Shown here: piece by piece, positions 9,679-18,262 of the stretch
Numbering within the stretch: the stretch's first letter is position 1
Layout: every line of letters begins with the position of its first letter
NCBI GenBank assembly: GCA_049319825.1
Contig: JBMORT010000008.1
Coordinates: forward strand, 12,331 to 76,330
DNA: 64,000 nucleotides
Direction: 5' to 3'
DNA from: Patescibacteria group bacterium
Lineage (GTDB): Bacteria; Patescibacteriota; Patescibacteriia; UBA11705; DATKZF01
Translations under genes and position numbers: made by a program
Notes under the pieces: model-generated
What the model was told of the DNA's origin: nothing
Seen by the model: the letters and a program-made list of their open reading frames with translations, nothing else
The model's database searches: none

Positions 9679-9813
9679 GTTCCATGCTCCATGCTCCATG
9701 CTCCATGCTCCATGTTCCATGTTCCATGTTCCATGTTCCATGTTCCATGTTCCATGTTCCATGTTCCATGCTCCATGCTCCATGCTCCATGCTCCATGCT
9801 CCATGTTCCATGA
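9679..9813. repeat. perfect heptanucleotide tandem array (TCCATGC)4(TCCATGT)8(TCCATGC)5(TCCATGT)1 TCCATGA, 19 units, ending 10 nt before the mutS ATG
   Basis: Read directly; degenerate tcatggatca copies at 9640-9675 upstream of the array. Confidence 0.9.
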
Positions 9814-9823
9814 TTAATGACTT

Positions 9824-12379
9824 ATGCCCGAAACCCCAATGCTGAAACAATACAAAGAAATAAAAAAGAAGCACCAGGACGCAATCTTATTTTTTCGGCT
9901 GGGAGATTTTTATGAAATGTTCGGACCGGACGCCATTGAAGCCTCAAAAATTTTAAATATCACCTTGACTGCCAGAAATAAAGGCACGGAAAACGAAACT
10001 CCCATGTGCGGCGTGCCGTATCACGCGGTCGACGGCTACTTATCAAAGCTGACGCGGGCAGGTAAAAAAGTGGCTGTCTGCGAGCAGCTGTCAGATCCGA
10101 GCCTGCCCGGCATTGTGGAAAGAAAAGTAATCCGCACTGTCACTCCGGGCACGACTTTGGATGATAATATTTTGGACAATAAGGAAAATAATTATCTGGC
10201 TTCGCTGTCATTTTTAAAAAAGAGATGGGGCATGGCAGTGTGCGACCTGACTACCGGAGAATTCCAGGTCGGCGAATTCGAAGAGTTTGACATGCTGCAA
10301 AATGAAATTTTCAGGATCGCTCCGTCAGAAGTTCTGGTCACGCCGAGCCTTTTAAACAATTCGGATTTTCAAAATTTTTTTAGTAAATTAAAAAACGTCA
10401 ATTCGTTTCAGATCCCGAGCTTTGAGCAGCCGGCTGATTTTATTTTAAAGCATTTTAATCTGGCCGGCCTGGCCGGGTTTGGCATTGATCGGCTGGAGAT
10501 CGGCCAGACAGCGGCCGCGAATCTACTCGGATATTTGAAAGAAACACAGAAAACGGATTTGGAGCACATTACCAAAATGTCTTTGTACAATTCGCAAGAG
10601 TTTATGGCGCTCGATGAGGCGACGATCAGGAATCTGGAGCTTTACGGCACAGCGCAGGATTATCAGTACGAAGGCAGCTTGTTGTCGGTGATTGACCATA
10701 CTTCGACAGCCATGGGCGGCAGAAAGCTCAGGCGCTGGCTCAGGTATCCGCTGCTGAAAAAAGAGCCGATTGACCGGCGTTTGGAATCGGTGTCTGAGCT
10801 GGCTCGAGATATTGCCAGACAAGGTAAATTTATCGACACTTTGAAAAAAGTGGCTGACATGGAGCGCCTGCTCGGCCGCATCGGCTGCCAGCGCACGAAC
10901 GCGCGCGATTTGATCGCTTTGAAAAACTCTTTGCGCCAAGTGCCGAAGCTCAAGCAAATGCTGGCTGATTCCAAGGCTGAATTATTGCAAAAAATTTATG
11001 ATAATTTGGACGAGCAGATTGATTTGGTGCATTACCTTGAGCATGTGATCGAAGAAGAGCCGCCGGCGATCATCACTGAGGGCAACATGATAAAAAATGG
11101 ATTTAATAAAGAGCTTGATGAATTGCGCTCGATTTCCACCAATGCCAAAGACTGGATCAGCAAAATGCAGCAGCAGGAGATTAAAAGAACCGGAATCAAC
11201 ACCTTGAAAGTCAAATATAATAGAGTGTTCGGCTATTACATAGAAATCAGCAAGGCAAATTTAAATTCAGTGCCGGCTGATTACATTAGAAAGCAGACGC
11301 TGGTCAATGCCGAGCGCTTTATCACCCCGGAGCTTAAAGAATATGAAGAAAAAGTTTTGGGCGCTGAAGAAAAAATTAAAAAACTCGAGCAGGATTTATT
11401 TTTCGAAGCCAGGCAGGAGACGATCAAATATTTTCCTCAAATCCAAAATACGGCCGATCTGGTGGCTGAGCTCGACGCTTTGCTCGGGTTTGCCATATTG
11501 GCAGTTAAGGAAAATTATTCCAGGCCGGAAATTGTTCCGAAAAAAATTATTGAGATAAAAGACGGTCGGCATCCGGTGATTGAAAAATTTTCCGGCGAGT
11601 CTTTTGTGCCCAATGACGTTTATCTGGACCATGAGACGCATGAATTGATTCTGCTCACCGGCCCGAACATGAGCGGCAAGTCGAGTTACTTAAGACAGGT
11701 CGCGCTGATAGTTTTACTGGCGCAGATCGGCAGCTTCGTGCCTGCGGCTGAAGCGAAAATAGGTTTGGTTGACCGAATATTTACCAGAGTGGGCGCGGCT
11801 GATAATCTGATCCGCGGCCGGTCGACTTTTATGGTGGAAATGCAGGAAGCGGCCAATATTTTAAATAACGCGACGAAAAAAAGTTTGATAATACTCGACG
11901 AGCTCGGCAGAGGGACTTCAACTTATGATGGCGTGGGCATTGCCTGGGCAATAGTCGAATATATCCATAATAATATCGGCGCCTGCACATTGTTCGCCAC
12001 TCATTATCATGAGCTGATCGAAGTGATTGAAAATTTGAAGAAGGCGCAGAATTATTCAGTGGCGGTGACCGAAGACAATGGCAAAGTGGTTTTTTTGCGA
12101 AAAGTTTTAAAAGGCGGAGTCAATAAAAGCTATGGCATTGAAGTGGCCAAGCTGGCCGGCTTGCCGCCGGAAATCATTGACCGGGCCAATGAAGTTTTAA
12201 TCAAGCTGGAAAATGACAGGGAAGTGGACGTGGTGCGAAATTCCCAGCAGGCGGAAATGCTTTTTTTGCAAAAAGCCGAATCAGAGATTGAAAAAGACGT
12301 AAAAAATTTGGATTTGGATAATTTAACGCCTCTCGAGGCTTTGCAGCAATTGGTGGAATTTAAGAAAAAAATAAAATAA
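9824..12379 (+). CDS. mutS: DNA mismatch repair protein MutS
   Basis: N-terminal mismatch-binding domain (FFRLGDFYEMF), Walker A GPNMSGKS, DELGRGTS, 851 aa. Confidence 0.95.
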   Translation: MPETPMLKQYKEIKKKHQDAILFFRLGDFYEMFGPDAIEASKILNITLTARNKGTENETPMCGVPYHAVDGYLSKLTRAGKKVAVCEQLSDPSLPGIVERKVIRTVTPGTTLDDNILDNKENNYLASLSFLKKRWGMAVCDLTTGEFQVGEFEEFDMLQNEIFRIAPSEVLVTPSLLNNSDFQNFFSKLKNVNSFQIPSFEQPADFILKHFNLAGLAGFGIDRLEIGQTAAANLLGYLKETQKTDLEHITKMSLYNSQEFMALDEATIRNLELYGTAQDYQYEGSLLSVIDHTSTAMGGRKLRRWLRYPLLKKEPIDRRLESVSELARDIARQGKFIDTLKKVADMERLLGRIGCQRTNARDLIALKNSLRQVPKLKQMLADSKAELLQKIYDNLDEQIDLVHYLEHVIEEEPPAIITEGNMIKNGFNKELDELRSISTNAKDWISKMQQQEIKRTGINTLKVKYNRVFGYYIEISKANLNSVPADYIRKQTLVNAERFITPELKEYEEKVLGAEEKIKKLEQDLFFEARQETIKYFPQIQNTADLVAELDALLGFAILAVKENYSRPEIVPKKIIEIKDGRHPVIEKFSGESFVPNDVYLDHETHELILLTGPNMSGKSSYLRQVALIVLLAQIGSFVPAAEAKIGLVDRIFTRVGAADNLIRGRSTFMVEMQEAANILNNATKKSLIILDELGRGTSTYDGVGIAWAIVEYIHNNIGACTLFATHYHELIEVIENLKKAQNYSVAVTEDNGKVVFLRKVLKGGVNKSYGIEVAKLAGLPPEIIDRANEVLIKLENDREVDVVRNSQQAEMLFLQKAESEIEKDVKNLDLDNLTPLEALQQLVEFKKKIK

Positions 12380-12382
12380 GGG

Positions 12383-12493
12383 CAGGGCGCGGGGCGGGCA
12401 TACGCCCGCGTAGGGACAGAATATCTGTCCCTACCGCAGGCAGAGGTAAAGCCGAATTCGGATTCGGCTTTACCTCTGCCTGGCCGCGCCCTG
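12383..12493. repeat. GC-rich cloverleaf palindromic element, copy 1 (outer 10-bp stem plus three perfect hairpins of 6, 11 and 21 bp), followed by a T6 run
   Basis: cagggcgcgg...ccgcgccctg outer stem; hairpins gcgggc-atac-gcccgc, gtagggacaga-ata-tctgtccctac and caggcagaggtaaagccgaat-tcgg-attcggctttacctctgcctg. Confidence 0.85.
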
Positions 12494-12542
12494 TTTTTTG
12501 CGTAATTTAGGGGATTTTTTCGATTTCAAGATCCACCAGCCC

Positions 12543-12571
12543 TTGACAAAATCATCATTATTTGATATACT
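12543..12571 (+). promoter_or_regulatory. sigma70-type promoter (TTGACA, 17-bp spacer, TATACT) firing into the GC-rich island
   Basis: cccTTGACAaaatcatcattatttgaTATACTgcataca; consensus -35, optimal spacer, near-consensus -10. Confidence 0.45.
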
Positions 12572-12577
12572 GCATAC

Positions 12578-13358
12578 ACTGAACCTTGAATTACATTTCC
12601 CCGCGGTTTTGGATCGCCCCGACCTTCATACCAGAAAATTGATGGGGCGGAACTTCACATTACCCGCGGGTTTCTTAGATGATAAACCCAAAGCCATAGC
12701 CTGCCGCGTCAAATCGGTCGGGCGAGTGAGGACGCGCGGATGTAGTTGCTGAGCCTCCGTGGCAGAGGGTTTTCATAGGGATGCTAGCTCTCCCTGACCA
12801 TACGGCTGCGTTTCGCGGTTGGAAGGGGTGCATCTGCACGATGCCACTGCACTTCGATGGTCGAAACTAGCTTTCCTTTGGTGCCAACGCCTTCTGGCGT
12901 TTGCATGGGGCTTTGGCAGCTCCTTAGATAACCGGCAAGAGGGCCTTCTTGTCGGGGTAAATCTGAGAGCTTCCAGGGCTCTCAGAGATGGTAAGCTTCG
13001 GCGAGCCATTCATGCGCCACCTCCAGTCCCATCGCCGGAAAAAATGCGCGGACAGGAAGGCTGCCGGTGAAAGTCGCGAGGGGGGACGGCTCTCTCCACG
13101 CGTCATGTGAGCTGGCAGAGTTAAGCCACACGATTGCCGCAGATACTCCGGATCTGCGGAGCCGCTTTCGTGAGGTGAGCGCGATGCCATGATCGCTGTT
13201 TGGCGACTGGCTGAGTGCTACTGGTTCCCTCGGGAGGAATCGCCTGGGGGAATTTACGTCCGGAGGGTAGGCCCACCCAAAGGACACAAAAAAAACGCGC
13301 AATGCGCGTTAAGATAAACGAGACGTTTCTTCACAGAGGCGTCTCGATTTCGTTTAAA
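12578..13358 (+). ncRNA. candidate structured non-coding RNA of unassigned class (~780 nt, ~60% GC, no credible ORF), or non-coding cargo of an inserted element
   Basis: Sharp GC jump from ~40% to ~60%. Only short, mutually overlapping ORFs on both strands. A dedicated promoter lies upstream and a hairpin plus U-rich tail at 13322-13358. Many local helices, e.g. CCCGCGG...CCGCGGG at 12600-12670. Confidence 0.35.
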
Positions 13359-13362
13359 AAAA

Positions 13363-13473
13363 CCGGGCGCGGGGCGGGCATACGCCCGCGTAGGGACAGA
13401 ATATCTGTCCCTACCGCAGGCAGAGGTAAAGCCGAATTCGGATTCGGCTTTACCTCTGCCTGGCCGCGCCCTG
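13363..13473. repeat. GC-rich cloverleaf palindromic element, copy 2 (identical to copy 1 except the first bases of the outer arm)
   Basis: Same three hairpins as 12383-12493, located 58 bp upstream of mutL. Confidence 0.85.
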
Positions 13474-13530
13474 CCTGCTTGTCGCACTCGTCTTGCTTGT
13501 CGCACTTTTTTCTGATAAGGTGTAATCGCT

Positions 13531-15390
13531 ATGGGAATCATAAAAGTATTGCCACAAGACATCATTAACCAAATCGCTGCCGGCGAAGTGATCGAGCGAC
13601 CGTCTTCTGTCGTTAAAGAATTGGTGGAGAACAGCCTGGACGCCGGCGCTTCCACCATTGAAATAGAGATTAAAAACGGCGGCCTGAATTTAATTAAGGT
13701 TATCGACAATGGCAGCGGTATGTCCGGAGAAGACGCACTGCTGAGCGTTAAGCAGCATGCCACCAGTAAGATTTCATTGATCGATGATCTGTTCAGGATC
13801 AGCTCTTTTGGATTTCGAGGTGAAGCCCTCGCCTCGATCGCTTCTGTTTCAAAATTTTCTCTCCAAACAAAAGACCAGGATTCGATTTCTGGAAATCGAA
13901 TAACAATTTATAATCAGGAAGTTAGATCAGCGTCCGTCGGCTGCCCCCAGGGCACTTGCGTTTCGGTTGAAGATCTGTTTTATAATGTGCCGGCCAGGAA
14001 AAAATATCTAAAGACGGTCAGCACCGAATTTAATCACATATTGGAATTGTTTACCAGGTTCGCTTTAATTCACGGGAAAGTCAGCTGGAAATTAATTCAT
14101 AACGGTAAAACTGTGTTTCATTTACCGTCAACACCCAAATGGCTCGAGCGTATTGAGTTGCTTTTGGGGGAGCGGATTGCGCAAAATGTGTTCGGCCTCA
14201 GAATAAACATGCTAGATGTTGAGTTTAACGGTTATCTGGGGAAGCCTCAAATCGCTTCAAAGTCGCGAGCCAACCAATTTTTATACATTAACAAGCGCCC
14301 GGTCAACGAGCATATTATTTCAAAAAGCGTTAAAGATGCTTTTCAAACTTTGATTCCCCGCGACTATTATCCCGTTTACTTGATGAATTTGCGCATAGAT
14401 CCATTCAAGCTTGACGTTAATGTCCATCCGCGAAAACTCGAGGTGCGTTTTTCAGAGCCGCAAACCGTGTATCGCAGCGTTTATCGAGCGGTTAGCGCCA
14501 CACTGGATAAAAATAATTTGGTAAAAACGATTTATACTCCCGCTCCGATTGAACAGGCGGAGAATCAGCTGGAAAAAACCGGTTTTTTCGACATTAAAAG
14601 CGCGCTTGAATCAAAAAGCAGGGATTTGAAAATGCCAAGTCCCGGACAGATTAAGCGGGCAGTTGATTTCAACCATTCCATGTACGCGCTGCCTAAAAGC
14701 GCTCGTCGGCTGATGCCCGGCGATAAGATCACCGTAAGTTCAGCAGAACCAATGGCAGTCAAATTTCAGCCGGTGGAATTTAAACAGGAAAAAATAGAAT
14801 TGGTTCGCGAAGAAGATGTTTGGAAAATCATCGGCCAAATTAAAAATTCATATATAATAGTGGAAACCGGCGAAGGATTAAAAATTATCGACCAGCACGC
14901 CGCCTCGGAGCGCGTCCAGTTTGAAAAAATCATCAGCTCATGGAAAACCGATAAGCTGCGGTCTCAAAGTTTGTTGCTGCCGGTCTTGATCGATATGTCA
15001 TCGCTCGAAATGGCTAAAATTCATAAATATCAGTCTCAGCTCAATCGATTGGGTTTTTCCATTGATGTGTTTGGAGAAAACACCGTTAAAATAAATGCGG
15101 TCCCGGCGCTGTTAAAAAATTCCGATATCCAAAAGTTGTTTTTTGAAGTTGCGGCGGAGCTTGATGATCGCATCAATAACGGCGAATTGACCGAACCAAT
15201 AAGAAAAATATTAAACATCTTGTCGTGTCGCAGCGCTGTTAAATTTGGCGACGATCTAACACTCGACGAAATGAAGTCGCTGATCGCGCAGCTTCGATCC
15301 TTGGATAATCAATACACCTGCGTCCATGGTCGGCCGGCCATAATCGATATGAGTTATGGCGAACTGGAAAAATTGTTCAGCCGCAAGTAA
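13531..15390 (+). CDS. mutL: DNA mismatch repair protein MutL
   Basis: GHKL ATPase N-terminus IAAGEVIERPSSVVKELVENSLDAG, DNGSGM; 619 aa. Confidence 0.95.
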   Translation: MGIIKVLPQDIINQIAAGEVIERPSSVVKELVENSLDAGASTIEIEIKNGGLNLIKVIDNGSGMSGEDALLSVKQHATSKISLIDDLFRISSFGFRGEALASIASVSKFSLQTKDQDSISGNRITIYNQEVRSASVGCPQGTCVSVEDLFYNVPARKKYLKTVSTEFNHILELFTRFALIHGKVSWKLIHNGKTVFHLPSTPKWLERIELLLGERIAQNVFGLRINMLDVEFNGYLGKPQIASKSRANQFLYINKRPVNEHIISKSVKDAFQTLIPRDYYPVYLMNLRIDPFKLDVNVHPRKLEVRFSEPQTVYRSVYRAVSATLDKNNLVKTIYTPAPIEQAENQLEKTGFFDIKSALESKSRDLKMPSPGQIKRAVDFNHSMYALPKSARRLMPGDKITVSSAEPMAVKFQPVEFKQEKIELVREEDVWKIIGQIKNSYIIVETGEGLKIIDQHAASERVQFEKIISSWKTDKLRSQSLLLPVLIDMSSLEMAKIHKYQSQLNRLGFSIDVFGENTVKINAVPALLKNSDIQKLFFEVAAELDDRINNGELTEPIRKILNILSCRSAVKFGDDLTLDEMKSLIAQLRSLDNQYTCVHGRPAIIDMSYGELEKLFSRK

Positions 15391-15444
15391 GGCGCGCCGG
15401 TAATTGGCAATTGATAATTCGTCGCTTGACCCGATGCGGACGAT

Positions 15445-16008
15445 TTGTCATTTGCCAATTACCAGCCACGGGGGAAAATGATGAAGCCGTTTCAGACCAC
15501 CGGTTACGCCATTTCCGGCAGTATTGTCCGGCCAGTTATTTATTGCGCCCTCGATCAATTGGCTCAGCGAATTTTTCTGATTGGCGATTTGCTCTCAACG
15601 GAGATTCAGTTTCAGTATGCAGAAGGTCTATTTGACATGATGCATCAATTTGAGATTCATGAGCTTCTTTCTGGCGTGGTGATCCCCAGCCGGGTAGAAG
15701 CGTTTTTGCGGCTGGCGCGAAATGTCAAAACATTCGCCGGACAAAGGCGGGAGTGGCAGGTATTATCGGCGCTGCGCGAGCTTCGCAATCGGGTGGTGCG
15801 AGATTTTCGCGGCCATGAGGAGATGTATTATTTCAATGACCTGCGTCAGCGGGATTTATTTTGGCAGACCTTTGCCGATCAGCGTCTGTATAAGCGCTTG
15901 ATGGGGTTAACGGTGGTGCAGCGTCATGTGCTGTTTACCGCCGAAGAGCGGATGTGTTATTTGAGCAATCTCAACGGACGCATTGCCACCTTGTATTCAA
16001 ACCGCTAA
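15445..16008 (+). CDS. hypothetical protein (187 aa)
   Basis: ORF only; the preceding inverted repeat ggtaattggcaa/ttgccaattacc (15400-15470) overlaps its 5' end. Confidence 0.3.
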   Translation: MSFANYQPRGKMMKPFQTTGYAISGSIVRPVIYCALDQLAQRIFLIGDLLSTEIQFQYAEGLFDMMHQFEIHELLSGVVIPSRVEAFLRLARNVKTFAGQRREWQVLSALRELRNRVVRDFRGHEEMYYFNDLRQRDLFWQTFADQRLYKRLMGLTVVQRHVLFTAEERMCYLSNLNGRIATLYSNR

Positions 16009-16217
16009 TTGGTTAGCGGTTTTTAAAATTGGCAAAAAATTCGTATTATTGAATTTTACGTTAATTTAGCGAATTTTAATGATCTGTTAATCGTCCTTGG
16101 TGTTGTGGCGCGCTTATCCACTTAATTATCGCTAAATATTTGACATTTTTTTAAAAATTAGGTAGTATTTATATGCAACTAAAAATGTAATTCATATTTT
16201 ATAGTTAAGCTATTTGG

Positions 16218-16246
16218 GTTGACTTATTTTTAATATTCTATATAAT
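16218..16246 (+). promoter_or_regulatory. candidate promoter for the infA-rpmJ-rpsM-rpsK-rpsD-rpoA-rplQ operon (TTGACT, 16 bp, TATAAT)
   Basis: gggTTGACTtatttttaatattctaTATAATtc. Confidence 0.35.
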
Positions 16247-16275
16247 TCAATTACATTTTTTAAAGTAGATTTATC

Positions 16276-16494
16276 ATGACTAAGAAGAATGAATTTATTG
16301 AGATGAACGGCGTAGTGGAGGAAATGCTTCCTTCGGCAATGTTTAAAGTTCAGCTGGAAAACGGCCATGAAATCTTGGCTCATTTGTCCGGTAAGATGAG
16401 AATGTATAAAATTCGCTTGTTGCCGGGAGATAAGGTCAAAGTTCAGCTGACGCCGTACGACCTCAGTAAAGGCAGAATCGTTTATCGATTCTAG
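16276..16494 (+). CDS. infA: translation initiation factor IF-1
   Basis: 72 aa, S1-like OB fold sequence [39 protein letters not shown]. Confidence 0.9.
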   Translation: MTKKNEFIEMNGVVEEMLPSAMFKVQLENGHEILAHLSGKMRMYKIRLLPGDKVKVQLTPYDLSKGRIVYRF

Positions 16495-16559
16495 ATTATT
16501 TTTTTATAAACAGTTTTAAGCGTTACTGTAGTAGCGCGTTTAATGATTTTGAACATATT

Positions 16560-16673
16560 ATGAAAGTTAAAGCTTCGGTAAAAAAGATTTGCAAAGACTG
16601 TAAAATAGTCGTGCGGCAAAGGAGAGTCCACGTAATATGTAAAAATCCTAAGCATAAGCAAAGGCAAGGATAA
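16560..16673 (+). CDS. rpmJ: 50S ribosomal protein L36 (37 aa; below the ORF-track cutoff)
   Basis: [37 protein letters not shown] with CxxC...C...H zinc ribbon; canonical position between infA and rpsM. Confidence 0.85.
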   Translation: MKVKASVKKICKDCKIVVRQRRVHVICKNPKHKQRQG

Positions 16674-16766
16674 TTTTTGTCATGGATCAAGGGGCATGAA
16701 TCATGAATCAGCTGAAATGATGTTATATGATATGTGCTCCATGATATATGATATGTGAAGAAAAAT

Positions 16767-17156
16767 ATGGCCAGAATCGCAGGCGTCAACATTCCTAACG
16801 AAAAAAGAGTCGAAATCGCTTTGACTTATATTTATGGAATTGGTCGCAAATATTCCAGCGATATTTTAAAAATCACCAAGATCGACGCCAACACGCGGGT
16901 TAAAGATTTAACGGAAGATCAGGTTAATCGGCTGCGAGAAGTGGTGGAAAAACAGTTCCGCGTCGAAGGAGATTTGAAAAGAGATGTTTTATCCAATATC
17001 AAGCGTTACAAGGATATTAAATGTTGGCGGGGGTATCGGCACAGCCGACGCTTGCCGGTGCGCGGACAAAGAACTAAAACCAATTCCAGAACTGTTCGCG
17101 GCAATAAGCGCGTAACCATGGGCAGCGGTAAAAAGCCGCCAGCACAAAAAACTTAA
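16767..17156 (+). CDS. rpsM: 30S ribosomal protein S13 (likely start MARIAGV at 16767; ORF track starts at 16755)
   Basis: [26 protein letters not shown]. Confidence 0.9.
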   Translation: MARIAGVNIPNEKRVEIALTYIYGIGRKYSSDILKITKIDANTRVKDLTEDQVNRLREVVEKQFRVEGDLKRDVLSNIKRYKDIKCWRGYRHSRRLPVRGQRTKTNSRTVRGNKRVTMGSGKKPPAQKT

Positions 17157-17165
17157 AAAATCTGT

Positions 17166-17567
17166 TTGAATATTATGGCCAAGCAAATAGTTAAAAGTAA
17201 AAAAAAGAAAACGGAAAAAGTGGTGCCGCTGGGTAGGGCTTATGTTAAAGCCACTTACAATAATACGATCGTGACGTTAACCGATCAAAATGGCAATGTG
17301 CTTTCATGGTCTTCTGCCGGCTTGAATGGTTTTAAGGGGCCGAAAAAATCCACGCCGTTTGCCGCGTCGATTATCGCTAAAGACGCGGTGGAAAAATCAA
17401 AAGTTTACGGTTTAAGAGACGTCCATGTGTTTGTTCAAGGCGTCGGCTTGGGCCGAGAAGCCGCTGTGCGCGGACTGAATGCCAGCGGACTGAATGTTTT
17501 ATCAATTAAAGACGTCACGCCTATTCCTCATAACGGATGTCGGCGCAAGAAACCTAGAAGAGTATAA
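17166..17567 (+). CDS. rpsK: 30S ribosomal protein S11
   Basis: [30 protein letters not shown]... Confidence 0.9.
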   Translation: MNIMAKQIVKSKKKKTEKVVPLGRAYVKATYNNTIVTLTDQNGNVLSWSSAGLNGFKGPKKSTPFAASIIAKDAVEKSKVYGLRDVHVFVQGVGLGREAAVRGLNASGLNVLSIKDVTPIPHNGCRRKKPRRV

Positions 17568-17569
17568 TT

Positions 17570-18199
17570 ATGGCAAATCAACTGAAATGCAAACTATGCA
17601 GGCGGGAGGGGAAAAAGCTTTTTCTAAAAGGCGAACGTTGTTATACCACAAAATGTGCTATAGTTAAGCGCAATTACGCTCCGGGTATGCACGGTTTAAA
17701 GCAAGGACCGGCGAAAAAAGTGTCAGCTTATGGCCGGCAGCTTCGAGAGAAACAATCGGCCAAAAGAAGTTATAATATTAAAGAAAAGCAGTTGGTCAAT
17801 TATTTTAAAAAAGCTACCCGCAAAAAGGGCAATACCGAGGAGACCTTATATCAATTGCTCGAATTACGTCTGGATAATGTGATTTTTAGGTTGGGGTTAG
17901 CCAAATCCAGAGCGCAGGCCAGACAAATCATCAGCCATGGACATGTTCAGGTGAATAGTAAAAAAGTCAATATACCGTCATTTCATTTGAAGCCCGGCGA
18001 TCAAATCAGTCTTCGGGAAAAAAGCTTGAAGACCCCCCTGTTCGTGAATTTATCAGAAGGCGTAAAGACCGGTGAATTGGTTTCATGGCTGCATCTTGAT
18101 CCGAAAACACTTGTGGCCAAGGTGGTTGACGTCCCGAATTACGAAAAATCAGTGAAGGAATTTGAAATGAAACAAATAATTGAATTTTACTCAAGATAA
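17570..18199 (+). CDS. rpsD: 30S ribosomal protein S4
   Basis: N-terminal Cys4 zinc-finger CKLCRREGKKLFLKGERCYTTKC and an S4 domain. Confidence 0.9.
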   Translation: MANQLKCKLCRREGKKLFLKGERCYTTKCAIVKRNYAPGMHGLKQGPAKKVSAYGRQLREKQSAKRSYNIKEKQLVNYFKKATRKKGNTEETLYQLLELRLDNVIFRLGLAKSRAQARQIISHGHVQVNSKKVNIPSFHLKPGDQISLREKSLKTPLFVNLSEGVKTGELVSWLHLDPKTLVAKVVDVPNYEKSVKEFEMKQIIEFYSR

Positions 18200-18262
18200 A
18201 ATTTAACTTGGTCAGATCCATTTTATTCAATTGGATAAAAAGGAGGGGGACCGAAAATTATT

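Noticed and set aside
9679-9813. CRISPR array interpretation of the tandem repeat arrays (also 42278-42622)
   Set aside because: The units are 7 or 10-11 bp with no unique spacers and no cas genes. These are simple tandem repeats, not CRISPR.
9635-9874. ORFs 9635-9817 (+) and 9647-9874 (-) translating to MFHVPCSMFH... and MEHGAWSMEHG...
   Set aside because: These are artefacts of the heptanucleotide array. The 7-bp unit shifts frame every unit and gives periodic peptides on both strands.
12578-13358. Specific assignment of the island as tmRNA, RNase P RNA, SRP RNA or group II intron domain V
   Set aside because: By eye I found a GGGGCGG...CGCCCC acceptor-like pairing, a UAGUU-GCU resume-like site and a GGUGAAAGUCGCG GNRA hairpin. 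I did not find a G3-U70 pair, an ANDENYALAA-like tag with a proper stop, a GGUUCGAAUCC T-loop, P4 halves (GGAAAGUCCGGGCUCC / ACAGAAnCCGGCUUA), or an SRP GGAAGCAGCC motif. The class is left open.
12498-13763. Six-frame ORFs of 78-169 aa on both strands within the GC-rich island (e.g. 12773-13009 -, 12982-13302 -, 13254-13763 -)
   Set aside because: They overlap one another on both strands, have no RBS or start context, and sit in a 60%-GC segment with dense palindromes. They are typical spurious ORFs of GC-rich non-coding or structured-RNA DNA.
15411-15635. ORF 15411-15635 (+) overlapping the 5' part of 15445-16008
   Set aside because: It is in a different frame from the longer ORF and has no independent support. 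Only the longer ORF is kept, itself at low confidence.
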